A stretch of 64,000 nt of DNA. It comes from Frankiales bacterium (GTDB lineage Bacteria > Actinomycetota > Actinomycetes > Mycobacteriales > SCTD01). The position numbers and the translations under genes were made by a program. Of the stretch, positions 35,362 through 42,831 are shown in pieces. Positions within the stretch are counted from its first letter, which is position 1. Every line of letters begins with the position of its first letter. The stretch covers positions 8,099 to 72,098 of the forward strand of contig JAODND010000034.1 in NCBI GenBank assembly GCA_025465465.1. Reading direction: 5' to 3'. A model generated the notes under the pieces. The model ran no database searches and was not told where the DNA came from. It worked only from the letters and a program-made list of their open reading frames with translations.

Positions 35362-36801
35362 TCAGGCCCGCGAGGCCGGGCGTCGGATCGCCGCAGCCAC
35401 GGTCAGGACGAGCAGGGCGAGGTACGCCGGCAGGGCGCGGCCGCCCGTCGAGGCCAGCTGTCCCCCTGGGCCCGCGGTCGTCGGGTGGTCCGACGTTGTC
35501 GTGCTCGGCTGCTGCCGCGGCGGGGCCGGGGCCGTGAGCGGCGCGAGCGAGTTGCCGGCGCCGATGCGCGAGCAGTTTCCCGCGAACGGCAGGCCCGCGA
35601 ACCGCTGCACCAGGAAGCGCACCGCTGCCGGCTCGAACTCCAGAGCAGCCGGGGTGTGCGACGCGTTCGCGTACTCGACGTATTGCACGGTCACGCCCTG
35701 ACCGCAGTACTCGTGGGCGAGCGCCTCGACGTCCTTGGTCACCATGATGTCGTCGCCGATGGAGCTGCCGTTGTTGCCGACGCCCATGAAGAACGGGCCC
35801 TTCGGATGGCCGGGCGCGGTGCCCATGATGAGCTTGTTGATGACCGCCACGAACTCGGGCTGGGCCAGGATGTCGCGGTACTGGGGCTTGAGCAGCTGGG
35901 CGACCTTCAGCCCCGGGTGGGTGCCGCTGAAGTCGCCGATGCAGCCGCTGCTGTCCTTCGCGACCAGCTCCTTGCCATACGCCGACAGGTAGTGGTCAAG
36001 CTTCAGGCCGTAGCTGCTCGCCAGCGTGTGCAGGACCGCCGGGATGATCCCCGACCAGACGGCGCTGCCGTCGATGTAGCGCAGGTTGTGCGCGAAGTGC
36101 ACCGGCACACCGCCGGCCGCGACACCGACGATGTTCAGCCCGGGCGCGTACCTCGGTGCCAGCTCCGCCGCCCAGTCCGCCGCGATGGAGCCACCGGAGT
36201 ACCCGGTCAGGCCGACCATGGTCGACGCCGGCGCCTTGAGGAAGGACTCGGTGGCGCGCACCGCGTCGAGGGTCCCGTAGCCGGACTCGTGGCCGGCAGT
36301 CCAGTGCAGCTGCTCGCCCTCGAAGTCCGGGACGGTGACGACGCTGCCGGTGGCGGCATAGGCCTGCACGAAGGCCTGTTCGGCATCGGACAGCTGGGTG
36401 TTGTTGGGACCGGGGTCGCCACCCTGCAGCGTGTAGCTCGGGTCGCACTTGTCCGACAGCGAGTCGTAGAAGGACAGGTAGGCGATGATCTTCGGCGCCA
36501 CCGTCGACCCGGGCGGGGTGATGACGGTCGTGACTGTGACGGTCGGGCGTCCCACCTCGTCGGCGGTCCGGTACAGCAGCTGGGTCGCTGGCAGCGGCGT
36601 GGCCGTGGTCTGGATCGCGAGCGTGACCGGCCGCGTCTTGAGCACCGTTCCCGGCGGTACCTGCGCGAGCGGCGTGCTGCCCGTGTAGCGGTAGAAGGGG
36701 TCCACGTGCGGCAGCGCCACGTCCGCGCGCGCCGGGGTCGCACCCACCAGCCCCAGCAGGAGAGTCAGCGCGGCGAGGGCGGTGATGCGGGAGCGTTGCA
36801 C
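35362..36801 (-). CDS. secreted lipase (LIP / secretory-lipase family) with C-terminal LAxTG cell-wall sorting signal
   Basis: GTG 36801 (VQRSRITALAALTLLLGLVGATPARA is a signal peptide). DPFYRYTG...YLSFYDSLSDKCDPSY...GYSGGSIAADWAAE (GxSxG). The C-terminus reads LASTGG + ALPAYLALLVLTVAAAI + RRPASRA. Confidence 0.8.
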   Translation of the reverse strand: MQRSRITALAALTLLLGLVGATPARADVALPHVDPFYRYTGSTPLAQVPPGTVLKTRPVTLAIQTTATPLPATQLLYRTADEVGRPTVTVTTVITPPGSTVAPKIIAYLSFYDSLSDKCDPSYTLQGGDPGPNNTQLSDAEQAFVQAYAATGSVVTVPDFEGEQLHWTAGHESGYGTLDAVRATESFLKAPASTMVGLTGYSGGSIAADWAAELAPRYAPGLNIVGVAAGGVPVHFAHNLRYIDGSAVWSGIIPAVLHTLASSYGLKLDHYLSAYGKELVAKDSSGCIGDFSGTHPGLKVAQLLKPQYRDILAQPEFVAVINKLIMGTAPGHPKGPFFMGVGNNGSSIGDDIMVTKDVEALAHEYCGQGVTVQYVEYANASHTPAALEFEPAAVRFLVQRFAGLPFAGNCSRIGAGNSLAPLTAPAPPRQQPSTTTSDHPTTAGPGGQLASTGGRALPAYLALLVLTVAAAIRRPASRA

Positions 36802-36849
36802 GGGTCGGTCCTGCCCGCTCTGTCGGCTCCCCACGCTAGGAAGGCGATC

Positions 36850-37401
36850 ATGGTTCGCACCATCTACTACACCGCGACGACGCTCGACGGCTTCCTCGCC
36901 ACCGCGCACGACTCCCTCGACTGGTTGTTCGAGGTCCCCGCTGAGCCGCCCACCGAGCGCTTCAGCGCCTTCTTCGCCGGCATCGGCGCCTTTCTCATGG
37001 GATCGGCGACCTATGAGTGGATCCTCGACCACGAGAAGGTCCTCGAGCACCCCCAGAAGTGGACGAGCTGGTACGGCGAGACGCCGTCGGTGGTCATGAC
37101 CACCCGCGAGCTGCCGGTCATCTCCGGAGTGTCGTTCGCCCGCGGGGACGTCCGTCCGGTGCACGCCCGCCTGGTCGAGGCCGCCGGTGAACGCGACATC
37201 TGGGTCGTCGGCGGCGGCGAGCTCGCGGGGCAGCTGGCCGACGTCGGGCTGCTCGACGAGCTGCGGCTCTCGGTCGCGCCCGTCACGCTCGGGTCAGGCA
37301 AGCCGCTGCTGCCGCGCGTCCTGACCTCGAAGGATCTGGAGCTGACCGGGGTCGAGCCCGACGGCCAGTTCGTGCACCTGACCTACACCGTCAAGCACTG
37401 A
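36850..37401 (+). CDS. dihydrofolate reductase family protein (RibD C-terminal domain-like), second paralog
   Basis: ATG 36850: MVRTIYYTATTLDGFLATAHDSLDWLF...FLMGSATYEWI...IWVVGGGELAGQLADVGLLDELRLSVAPVTLGSGKPLLP. Confidence 0.8.
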   Translation: MVRTIYYTATTLDGFLATAHDSLDWLFEVPAEPPTERFSAFFAGIGAFLMGSATYEWILDHEKVLEHPQKWTSWYGETPSVVMTTRELPVISGVSFARGDVRPVHARLVEAAGERDIWVVGGGELAGQLADVGLLDELRLSVAPVTLGSGKPLLPRVLTSKDLELTGVEPDGQFVHLTYTVKH

Positions 37402-37993
37402 CCGGCAGGTGTTCGCCGACCGCACGAACGTGCGGACGAGGTGCGGCGACAGACCGGAAATATCGCACAACGGGGGAAGGGCGGGCGTGCTTCGGCTTCC
37501 GGCGCGGTACGGCCTTCTCGGACTTCGGCCACAGCATGACGAGAACCGTGAGGCCGGCACAGAGGCCACCGAGCGGGATCGGCTTGGACAGCGCCAGGAA
37601 GTAGCTCGCAGCACCCGGCACCCGCAGCTCACTGTGACCGACGATGTCGGCGGTGCGGGGATGCCACGGGTCGGGGATGTTCCTGTTGTCGCCCTGTGTG
37701 GTGAAGCCGGTGGTGCCGTTGCCACCCGTGATGCGGTGGATGACGTTCGCCCCCGCACCGAACTCACCCTTGGGAATGCGGTAGGTGACGATGTCGCCGA
37801 TCTGGTAGCTCGGCTGCTTGCGTACGACGATGAGGTCGCCGTTCGCGTAGGTGCCGTCCATGCTGTGGCCGTCGACGCTGATGTAGGCGACTCGGCCGTG
37901 CATCGACTGAGGCCAGACCAGCCAGAGCAGGGCGAGGATCAGTCCGGTGCCGAGCGCCGTCACGACCCGGCGCAGCATCGTCGGCCGGCCCAT
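37391..37993 (-). CDS. ER/archaeal-type signal peptidase I (S26B, SipW-like)
   Basis: N-terminal TM. SVDGHSMDGTYANGDLIVVRK (Ser box), NVIHRITGG (a His, not Lys, general base), TTQGDNRNIPDPW (GDN box), and a C-terminal TM (LCAGLTVLVMLW). The ATG overlaps the stop of the upstream gene (TGATG). Confidence 0.8.
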   Translation of the reverse strand: MGRPTMLRRVVTALGTGLILALLWLVWPQSMHGRVAYISVDGHSMDGTYANGDLIVVRKQPSYQIGDIVTYRIPKGEFGAGANVIHRITGGNGTTGFTTQGDNRNIPDPWHPRTADIVGHSELRVPGAASYFLALSKPIPLGGLCAGLTVLVMLWPKSEKAVPRRKPKHARPSPVVRYFRSVAAPRPHVRAVGEHLPVSA

Positions 37994-38601
37994 CAGAACT
38001 GCACCGCCGACGTCGTGGACACGGTGTTCGTCCCGACGCCGTTGGCGGCTGTGTCCGTCATCGCGGGATCAGGTGTGTACTTCACGATCGTCGCCGTGTT
38101 CACCGTCGTGGCAGGGGTCGACGCCGTCCCAAAGGTGAGCACGACGGTCGTCGTGCTCGCACCGAGAGTCATGGCGATGGTCGAGGAGGGGTAGGTGATC
38201 GCCGCGCCTGCGTTGTAGTTCGGACTGCCGAGCGTGAAGCTGCCGAAGTGCAGGGCCAGACAGGAGGTACCGCCGCCGATCGACAGGATGTCGTTGCTGG
38301 CGCCGCCGTTGGTGAGCGTGAACAGGAACCCGGCGGCGCTCTCCGTGGTCTGGGGGGTGCCGGCGCAGATCGTGCTGAGCAGGATCTGCCTGTTGAACGT
38401 GACGGTGATCGTGTCGGGCTTGTCCGGTCGGCCCGCCGTCGCAGCGTTGGCGATGACGACGGAGTCGGGGAAGAACACCGGCCGGGTGACCGTCGCGGCG
38501 CCGAGCTTCTGGCTGGTGACGGTGAGGTTCGTCGCCCAGGCGACGCCCGCGGCGAACACGGCCGCGACGGTCGCCGCGACGACCACGGTCCGCCTCGTCA
38601 T
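37993..38601 (-). CDS. secreted charge-poor beta-rich protein A (paralog family with B and C), unknown function
   Basis: ATG 38601 overlaps the stop of gene B (ATGA). Signal peptide MTRRTVVVAATVAAVFAAGVAWA, then TNLTVTSQKLGAATVT. Cys pair (STICAG...GTSCLALHFGSFTLG). 202 aa, rich in Thr/Ser/Ala/Gly/Val. Confidence 0.7.
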   Translation of the reverse strand: MTRRTVVVAATVAAVFAAGVAWATNLTVTSQKLGAATVTRPVFFPDSVVIANAATAGRPDKPDTITVTFNRQILLSTICAGTPQTTESAAGFLFTLTNGGASNDILSIGGGTSCLALHFGSFTLGSPNYNAGAAITYPSSTIAMTLGASTTTVVLTFGTASTPATTVNTATIVKYTPDPAMTDTAANGVGTNTVSTTSAVQF

Positions 38602-39023
38602 CCCAGGACCCCGATGTAGAGGCCGGTGACCGAGGCGGCGGTCACGGTGGCGGACAGAGAGCTCGCCGTCACGCTGCCGGACGCCACGGTCAGCGGCCCT
38701 GCTTGCGCGTTGGTCGTGCCGTTGGTCAGCGTGAGATAGAGGCTCGCGCCGTTGCAGGCTGTCGGGATGCTGCTGATGACGATGCCCGTGACGTTCTTCG
38801 AGGTCAGTGCGTAGGAAACGACGACCGAGCCGAACGAACCGCATGGCGAGACGGTCGCGGCACCGGAGAGGACTCCCTTCGTCGTCGGCCCTTGGCCGGA
38901 GGCGACTGCGGGACTGTCCGCAGGGACGAGCACCGCCAGACCCGCGGCAGCGACCACCAACAGAGCGCGGCCGAATCGCGGGCGGCGCACCTGCGCCGGC
39001 CCGGTCCGGCCGCGGGGGTTCAT
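38598..39023 (-). CDS. secreted charge-poor beta-rich protein B (paralog of A and C), unknown function
   Basis: 141 aa with a long basic n-region signal peptide (RRPRFGRALLVVAAAGLAVLVPADSPAVA). KGVLSGAATVSPC...PTACNGASLYLTLTNG. The C-terminus is AASVTGLYIGVLG. The start overlaps the gene C stop (TGATG). Confidence 0.65.
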   Translation of the reverse strand: MNPRGRTGPAQVRRPRFGRALLVVAAAGLAVLVPADSPAVASGQGPTTKGVLSGAATVSPCGSFGSVVVSYALTSKNVTGIVISSIPTACNGASLYLTLTNGTTNAQAGPLTVASGSVTASSLSATVTAASVTGLYIGVLG

Positions 39024-39406
39024 CAGCCCGAGATGACCACGGAGACGCCGGTGACGTTGGCCGCGCTGATGTTGCTCGCGGAGAAGTCCGGCGATGCGTT
39101 GCCGCTGGCGTCCAGGGTGCCCGTGATCTCAGCCAGTGAGGCGTTGGCGGCACCGGTCAGGGTGACCTTGAACGCCTTCGAGGCGCACGCCACCGCCGTG
39201 GTGACCGGAGCGGTCAAGACCTTGTAACCGGGCACTGTGGCCGAGTAGGCGGTCGTGTACGTCACTGCTGCGCTCGCGTTGCACGACGCGACCGTGGCGT
39301 TGCCGGACCCGAGGGTCTGGCTGCTGACGTTGAGCGTGGCGGCGAAGGCCGTGACCGTACCGAAGACGGTGACCCCCGCGATGATCGGCACCAGGTAACG
39401 CTTCAT
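39023..39406 (-). CDS. secreted charge-poor beta-rich protein C (paralog of A and B), unknown function; first gene of operon
   Basis: ATG 39406 preceded by AAAGGTGGG (SD). MKRYLVPIIAGVTVFGTVTAFA|ATLNVSSQTLGSGNATVASC...AVACASKAFKVTLTG. The C-terminus is AANVTGVSVVISG. 127 aa. Confidence 0.7.
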   Translation of the reverse strand: MKRYLVPIIAGVTVFGTVTAFAATLNVSSQTLGSGNATVASCNASAAVTYTTAYSATVPGYKVLTAPVTTAVACASKAFKVTLTGAANASLAEITGTLDASGNASPDFSASNISAANVTGVSVVISG

Positions 39407-39601
39407 GTCCCACCTTTGTCCTGTCGGTCCGACGGCCCCTTGGTCGTCGCGTGGAGGGCTTGAGCCCCATTGGAGTGAAAGATCGGCCCGGCCGGCGGGA
39501 ACTTGACCCCGTGGGTGGGCCATTTACCTGGCCCATCGGGACTAGTCGCCTGATGGTCATGTTCGGACATATCGGCAGTCCGATCCCGCCGAAAAGGAGG
39601 T

Positions 39602-39774
39602 CCTGGCTGCTTCTTGCGCCGTCGGACTAGTACTTCTGGCAGCCTGACCGGGCAACTGCGGGTGGCGGCGGCTGCCGGGGTCGCCGTCGCTGCCTCCGTC
39701 GTCAGGAGCGGCTAGGTCACTCGACGATCGCGATCACGCTCGGCATCTACGGTCACGTCTCGTCGCGGCCCTGA
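39602..39774 (+). pseudogene. tyrosine recombinase (phage-type integrase) 3'-terminal remnant
   Basis: Frame 1, 39703-39774, reads QERLGHSTIAITLGIYGHVSSRP*. This matches the conserved integrase C-terminus (LGHSxIxxTxxxYxH, with the catalytic Tyr). Upstream the frame is broken: there is a stop at 39646, and a related AAAAGVAVAASVV stretch sits in another frame. No N-terminal ~300 aa is present. Confidence 0.5.
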
Positions 39775-39788
39775 TGCTGCCCAGCTGA

Positions 39789-40856
39789 TCACGCGGTCGA
39801 AGCAGCTCGATTCACCGCGGCGCGCAGGACCGGCTCGAAGGCCTTGCCGCCGGTCTTGAGGTCCGGATTCAGATCAAAGCTGATCATGAAGAACGTCGTG
39901 CGAACAACGAAGGCGGCTTCTCGACGCGTGCCCCTCGTTGACGTGACATCGCGCTGCCACACAAGCTCGTGCTGGAGGTGGCGTGACGTCTTCGCGTCGT
40001 AGCTGACGGAGCAGCACGCGGAGGTCGAGGCAGCGGGATGCCACCAGGTCCTGAGGTAGTCCGTCGCAGCGGAAGTCGACACGAATTGCATCTCCGACTC
40101 GAGGATGAGGTGATCCAGGGACCACACCTGGCCCGTCCAGTGTTGCTGCGTCACAATGGCGCGCGCCGCAGCCACCTCGCCGGTTGCCGATGCATCGTTT
40201 CGGACCCGAGCGACGGTCGGATTCGGCTTCGTCCCGTCGTACCAACCGGCTCCGAGATCGCTCGGGCGCAATACCCGCGCCGCCAGCGCGGTAGGCGCAG
40301 ACGCAGAGAAGGAAGGCAGCACTGGCGGCGCCTTGTGGTAGTTGCGCAGCCAAGCCTCGACCTTGTGCCGGGCAGATGCGGCCGCCGCCGTGTGATCGGA
40401 CGCCCAAGAGAACGCGGCTCGCATCGGAGCGACGGCGAGGCCGCCTGCGAGCAGTCCCGGCAGCAATGCCGCGAGGACCACCGCTCGACGGTGCGGCGTG
40501 CGATCCCGGAGACGGCGGTATCGCGGGACAGACATCCACGCAGCGCTGACCCCAACGCCGAGAACAACGAGCGCCAAGACGGCTTCGACGACGTGCAGCT
40601 GCCATCCGCTGAATTGCGCGAACGACGAGAACCCGTTCCGCCGTTCGAGGATCAGTCCGACGTACCCGACGGCGGCCGCGACAGCAGCGAACATGGCAGC
40701 GGCGAGGAGGCCCAGCCGAGGCAACTCTCGTCGGACGTCGCCGATCTGCGGCCAGACGTCTACCGCCCCCGTTTCTGAAGCGTCCACATGTGAAACCTCG
40801 GCACCTCCCCGCCGCCGCTGAACCGACAAGACTCCCACGCCGAGCCGGCGGAACAC
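39789..40856 (-). CDS. hypothetical membrane protein (about 3 TM plus a ~200-aa extracytoplasmic domain)
   Basis: 355-aa ORF. Codon usage looks less GC3-biased than neighbours (gtt, ttt, gat codons). No family recognised. The start is uncertain. Confidence 0.5.
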   Translation of the reverse strand: MFRRLGVGVLSVQRRRGGAEVSHVDASETGAVDVWPQIGDVRRELPRLGLLAAAMFAAVAAAVGYVGLILERRNGFSSFAQFSGWQLHVVEAVLALVVLGVGVSAAWMSVPRYRRLRDRTPHRRAVVLAALLPGLLAGGLAVAPMRAAFSWASDHTAAAASARHKVEAWLRNYHKAPPVLPSFSASAPTALAARVLRPSDLGAGWYDGTKPNPTVARVRNDASATGEVAAARAIVTQQHWTGQVWSLDHLILESEMQFVSTSAATDYLRTWWHPAASTSACCSVSYDAKTSRHLQHELVWQRDVTSTRGTRREAAFVVRTTFFMISFDLNPDLKTGGKAFEPVLRAAVNRAASTA

Positions 40857-41170
40857 CTACCGGCCGCTCGACCTCACCGCCACTCGACCGAGGTTCCGCA
40901 GCGTGGCTCCGTCTGCGGGCTGTGTTTGGCGTCGGCGCGCGAAGCGAGATCTTGCGCGTCCTTCTCTCACCGGCGGAAGGGATCCTGAGCGTTGCGAAGC
41001 GCAACGTCGCCGACGAGTGTGAGGCCCTCGCCGGCGCCGGTGTGCTCGCCGTGGGTCCGGTGGGGAACCGCCTCCACCACGCGCTCGCCAGACCGCAAGC
41101 ACTTGAAGGATTCGTCGGTGACCTCCCCGCGATCCGTCCGCCCTGGCCCGCACTGCTTCGGGTGCTCTGA
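40790..41170 (+). CDS. possible small winged-helix-like protein (very tentative)
   Basis: The ORF contains GARSEILRVLLSPAEGILSVAKRNVADECEALAGAGVLAVGPVGNRLHHAL, reminiscent of a wHTH. It could equally be a non-coding or decayed gene. The true start is probably well downstream of 40790. Confidence 0.25.
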   Translation: MKPRHLPAAAEPTRLPRRAGGTPTGRSTSPPLDRGSAAWLRLRAVFGVGARSEILRVLLSPAEGILSVAKRNVADECEALAGAGVLAVGPVGNRLHHALARPQALEGFVGDLPAIRPPWPALLRVL

Positions 41171-41512
41171 GGCCTCGTTCAGCTTGAAGAGCGAGCAGAT
41201 CGCGGCCCGACGAAGACGCTTGCGGTCGAGGTCCACAGACCCTGCCACTGATCCGCGCAGACGTTCAGGACCTGCGCTTGGAGCCACTCGCTCCTGGAGG
41301 AGTCGTGGACGACGCCTGGGAGCCGATCAGACATCTCGCTGCGAATTGGCTCTCATCGTGGTCGCTCGGGCGATGGCCGATGCCCCGACAGGCGGACGCA
41401 TAGCCCGGGCAAAGACATGGGGGATGCACGCCCGAGGTCACTGGTGATGCGCCTGGGACCTAACCGGAGTGGCCCTCAACTGCAAAAGCCCAGGTCACAA
41501 GGGGTCTCACGG

Positions 41513-41595
41513 TGGGCGAGGGGGGAGTTGAACCCCCACGTCCTTTCGGACACACGGACCTGAACCGTGCGCGTCTGCCATTCCGCCACTCGCCC
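41513..41595 (-). tRNA. tRNA-Leu (anticodon CAG)
   Basis: The reverse complement is GGGCGAGTGGCGGAATGGCAGACGCGCACGGTTCAGGTCCGTGTGTCCGAAAGGACGTGGGGGTTCAACTCCCCCCTCGCCCA. Acceptor GGGCGAG/CTCGCCC, anticodon stem CACGG/CCGTG with loop TTCAGGT, a long variable arm, and T-arm GGGGG-TTCAACT-CCCCC. Confidence 0.93.
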
Positions 41596-41673
41596 GAGTT
41601 GCGATCGACAACGGTAGCAGGGGCGGGAGGCCGCACGCGGATACGATCACGAGGGCTAGGGAAGGGGTGACGC

Positions 41674-42348
41674 GTGGGTGTCGTGCAGCGCTTCGAGCGA
41701 CGGCTCGAGGGCCTGGTCCAAGGTGCCTTCGCCCGTGCCTTCGGCGGCTGGGTCGAACCCGTCGAGGTCGCCGCCGCACTCACCAGGGAGGCCGAGGACA
41801 AGAAGGCCATCGTCGCGGCCGGCCGGGTGCTGGTGCCGAACGCCTACACCGTCGAGCTCGGCCGCTCCGACGCCGACCGCCTCAAGGAGTACGACGAGCC
41901 GCTGCGCACGGAGCTCGCCGCGATGGTGAGCGAGGCGGCGCAGGAGCGCGGCTGGTCCTTCGTCGGTCCGGTCGAGGTCGCGTTCGAGGAGGTCGAGTAC
42001 CTGGCGACGGGAGCGTTCCAGGTGCGATCGGCCGTGGTCGCGGGCGCCTCGACCGGCGCGCAACCGGTACCCGAGCCCGAACCGCTGCAGGCGCACCTGG
42101 AGGTCGGCACCCGCTCGGTCCCGTTGGCTGGTCCCGTCGTGCTGGGTCGCGGGATCGAGGCCGACGTCCAGCTGGCTGACACCGGCGTGAGCCGGCGGCA
42201 TGCGCAGCTCGACGGCAACCGGCTCACCGACCTCGGCAGCACCAACGGGTCAAAGGTCAACGGCATCCGCGTGCAGGAGGCCGAGCTGGTCGACGGCGAC
42301 CGCATCACGCTGGGCAGCACCGACCTCGTCTACCGGTCGGGCCGCTGA
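41674..42348 (+). CDS. fhaA: FHA-domain protein FhaA (DUF3662 N-domain + FHA), short form
   Basis: GTG start. MGVVQRFERRLEGLVQGAFARAFGG (DUF3662). C-terminal FHA (VVLGRGIEADVQLADTGVSRRHAQL...DLGSTNGSKVNG). Confidence 0.85.
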   Translation: MGVVQRFERRLEGLVQGAFARAFGGWVEPVEVAAALTREAEDKKAIVAAGRVLVPNAYTVELGRSDADRLKEYDEPLRTELAAMVSEAAQERGWSFVGPVEVAFEEVEYLATGAFQVRSAVVAGASTGAQPVPEPEPLQAHLEVGTRSVPLAGPVVLGRGIEADVQLADTGVSRRHAQLDGNRLTDLGSTNGSKVNGIRVQEAELVDGDRITLGSTDLVYRSGR

Positions 42349-42821
42349 TGGGCAGCGCGCTCGTCGTGGCACTGCTGAAGTACGGCCTGCTGGCCCTGCT
42401 CTGGGTGTTCGTGCTGCTCGCCGTCCGCACGATCCGGGCCGACCTGCTGGGCAAGCCGTCGGCCGTACCGCAGGCAGCGGCAGCGGTGCCCAAGGCGGCG
42501 AGGCAACCGAAGCCGCAGCGCAAGAAGGGCGTACCCCGGGTGCTGGTCGTCACCGAGGGTGCCCTGCAGGGCACGACCGTGACCCTGTCCACTGTCCCGG
42601 TCACCCTGGGCCGTGCGCACGACTCGACCTTGGTGCTGACCGACGACTACGCGAGCAACAAGCACGCCCGGCTCGTCCCGACCGCCGACGGCTGGTCGCT
42701 CGAGGACCTCGGCAGCACCAACGGCACCTATCTCGGCGCGACCAAGGTCAGCCGGCCGACGCCCGTGTCCGTCGGCAGTGCGATCCGCATCGGCAAGACG
42801 GTCCTCGAGCTCCGCTCATGA
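42348..42821 (+). CDS. fhaB: FHA-domain membrane protein FhaB/FipA
   Basis: N-terminal TM (LLKYGLLALLWVFVLLAV) and C-terminal FHA (VTLGRAHDSTLVLTDDYASNKHARL...DLGSTNGTYLG). Confidence 0.85.
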   Translation: MGSALVVALLKYGLLALLWVFVLLAVRTIRADLLGKPSAVPQAAAAVPKAARQPKPQRKKGVPRVLVVTEGALQGTTVTLSTVPVTLGRAHDSTLVLTDDYASNKHARLVPTADGWSLEDLGSTNGTYLGATKVSRPTPVSVGSAIRIGKTVLELRS

Positions 42822-42831
42822 CGGGCCGCTC

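Noticed and set aside
39496-39515. GGGAACTTGACCCCGTGG (reverse complement CCACGGGGTCAAGTTCCC) resembles a tRNA T-arm. It could have been the att or tRNA-fragment boundary of the islet next to tRNA-Leu.
   Set aside because: It does not fold into a proper 5-bp T-stem with a 7-nt loop. It shows only scattered identity to the tRNA-Leu 3' end (GGGGGTTCAACTCCCCC). No acceptor-stem repeat is present.
39591-39714. A strong SD-like GAAAAGGAGG (39591-39600) followed by possible small ORFs: CTG 39603 giving a 14-aa peptide, and TTG 39614 giving MRRRTSTSGSLTGQLRVAAAAGVAVAASVVRSG (33 aa).
   Set aside because: The start codons are non-canonical or badly spaced (13 nt for the TTG). The region overlaps the decayed integrase reading frames, so the hydrophobic stretch is more likely residual integrase sequence (the LLLAAGV-type helix) than a new micro-protein.
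41287-41460. Short ORFs in the about 300-nt gap before tRNA-Leu, for example a minus-strand 51-aa ORF MSDRLPGVVHDSSRSEWLQAQVLNVCADQWQGLW... starting at 41334.
   Set aside because: There is no SD, no recognisable motif, and overlapping alternative frames are equally open. This is treated as decayed or non-coding sequence of the islet.
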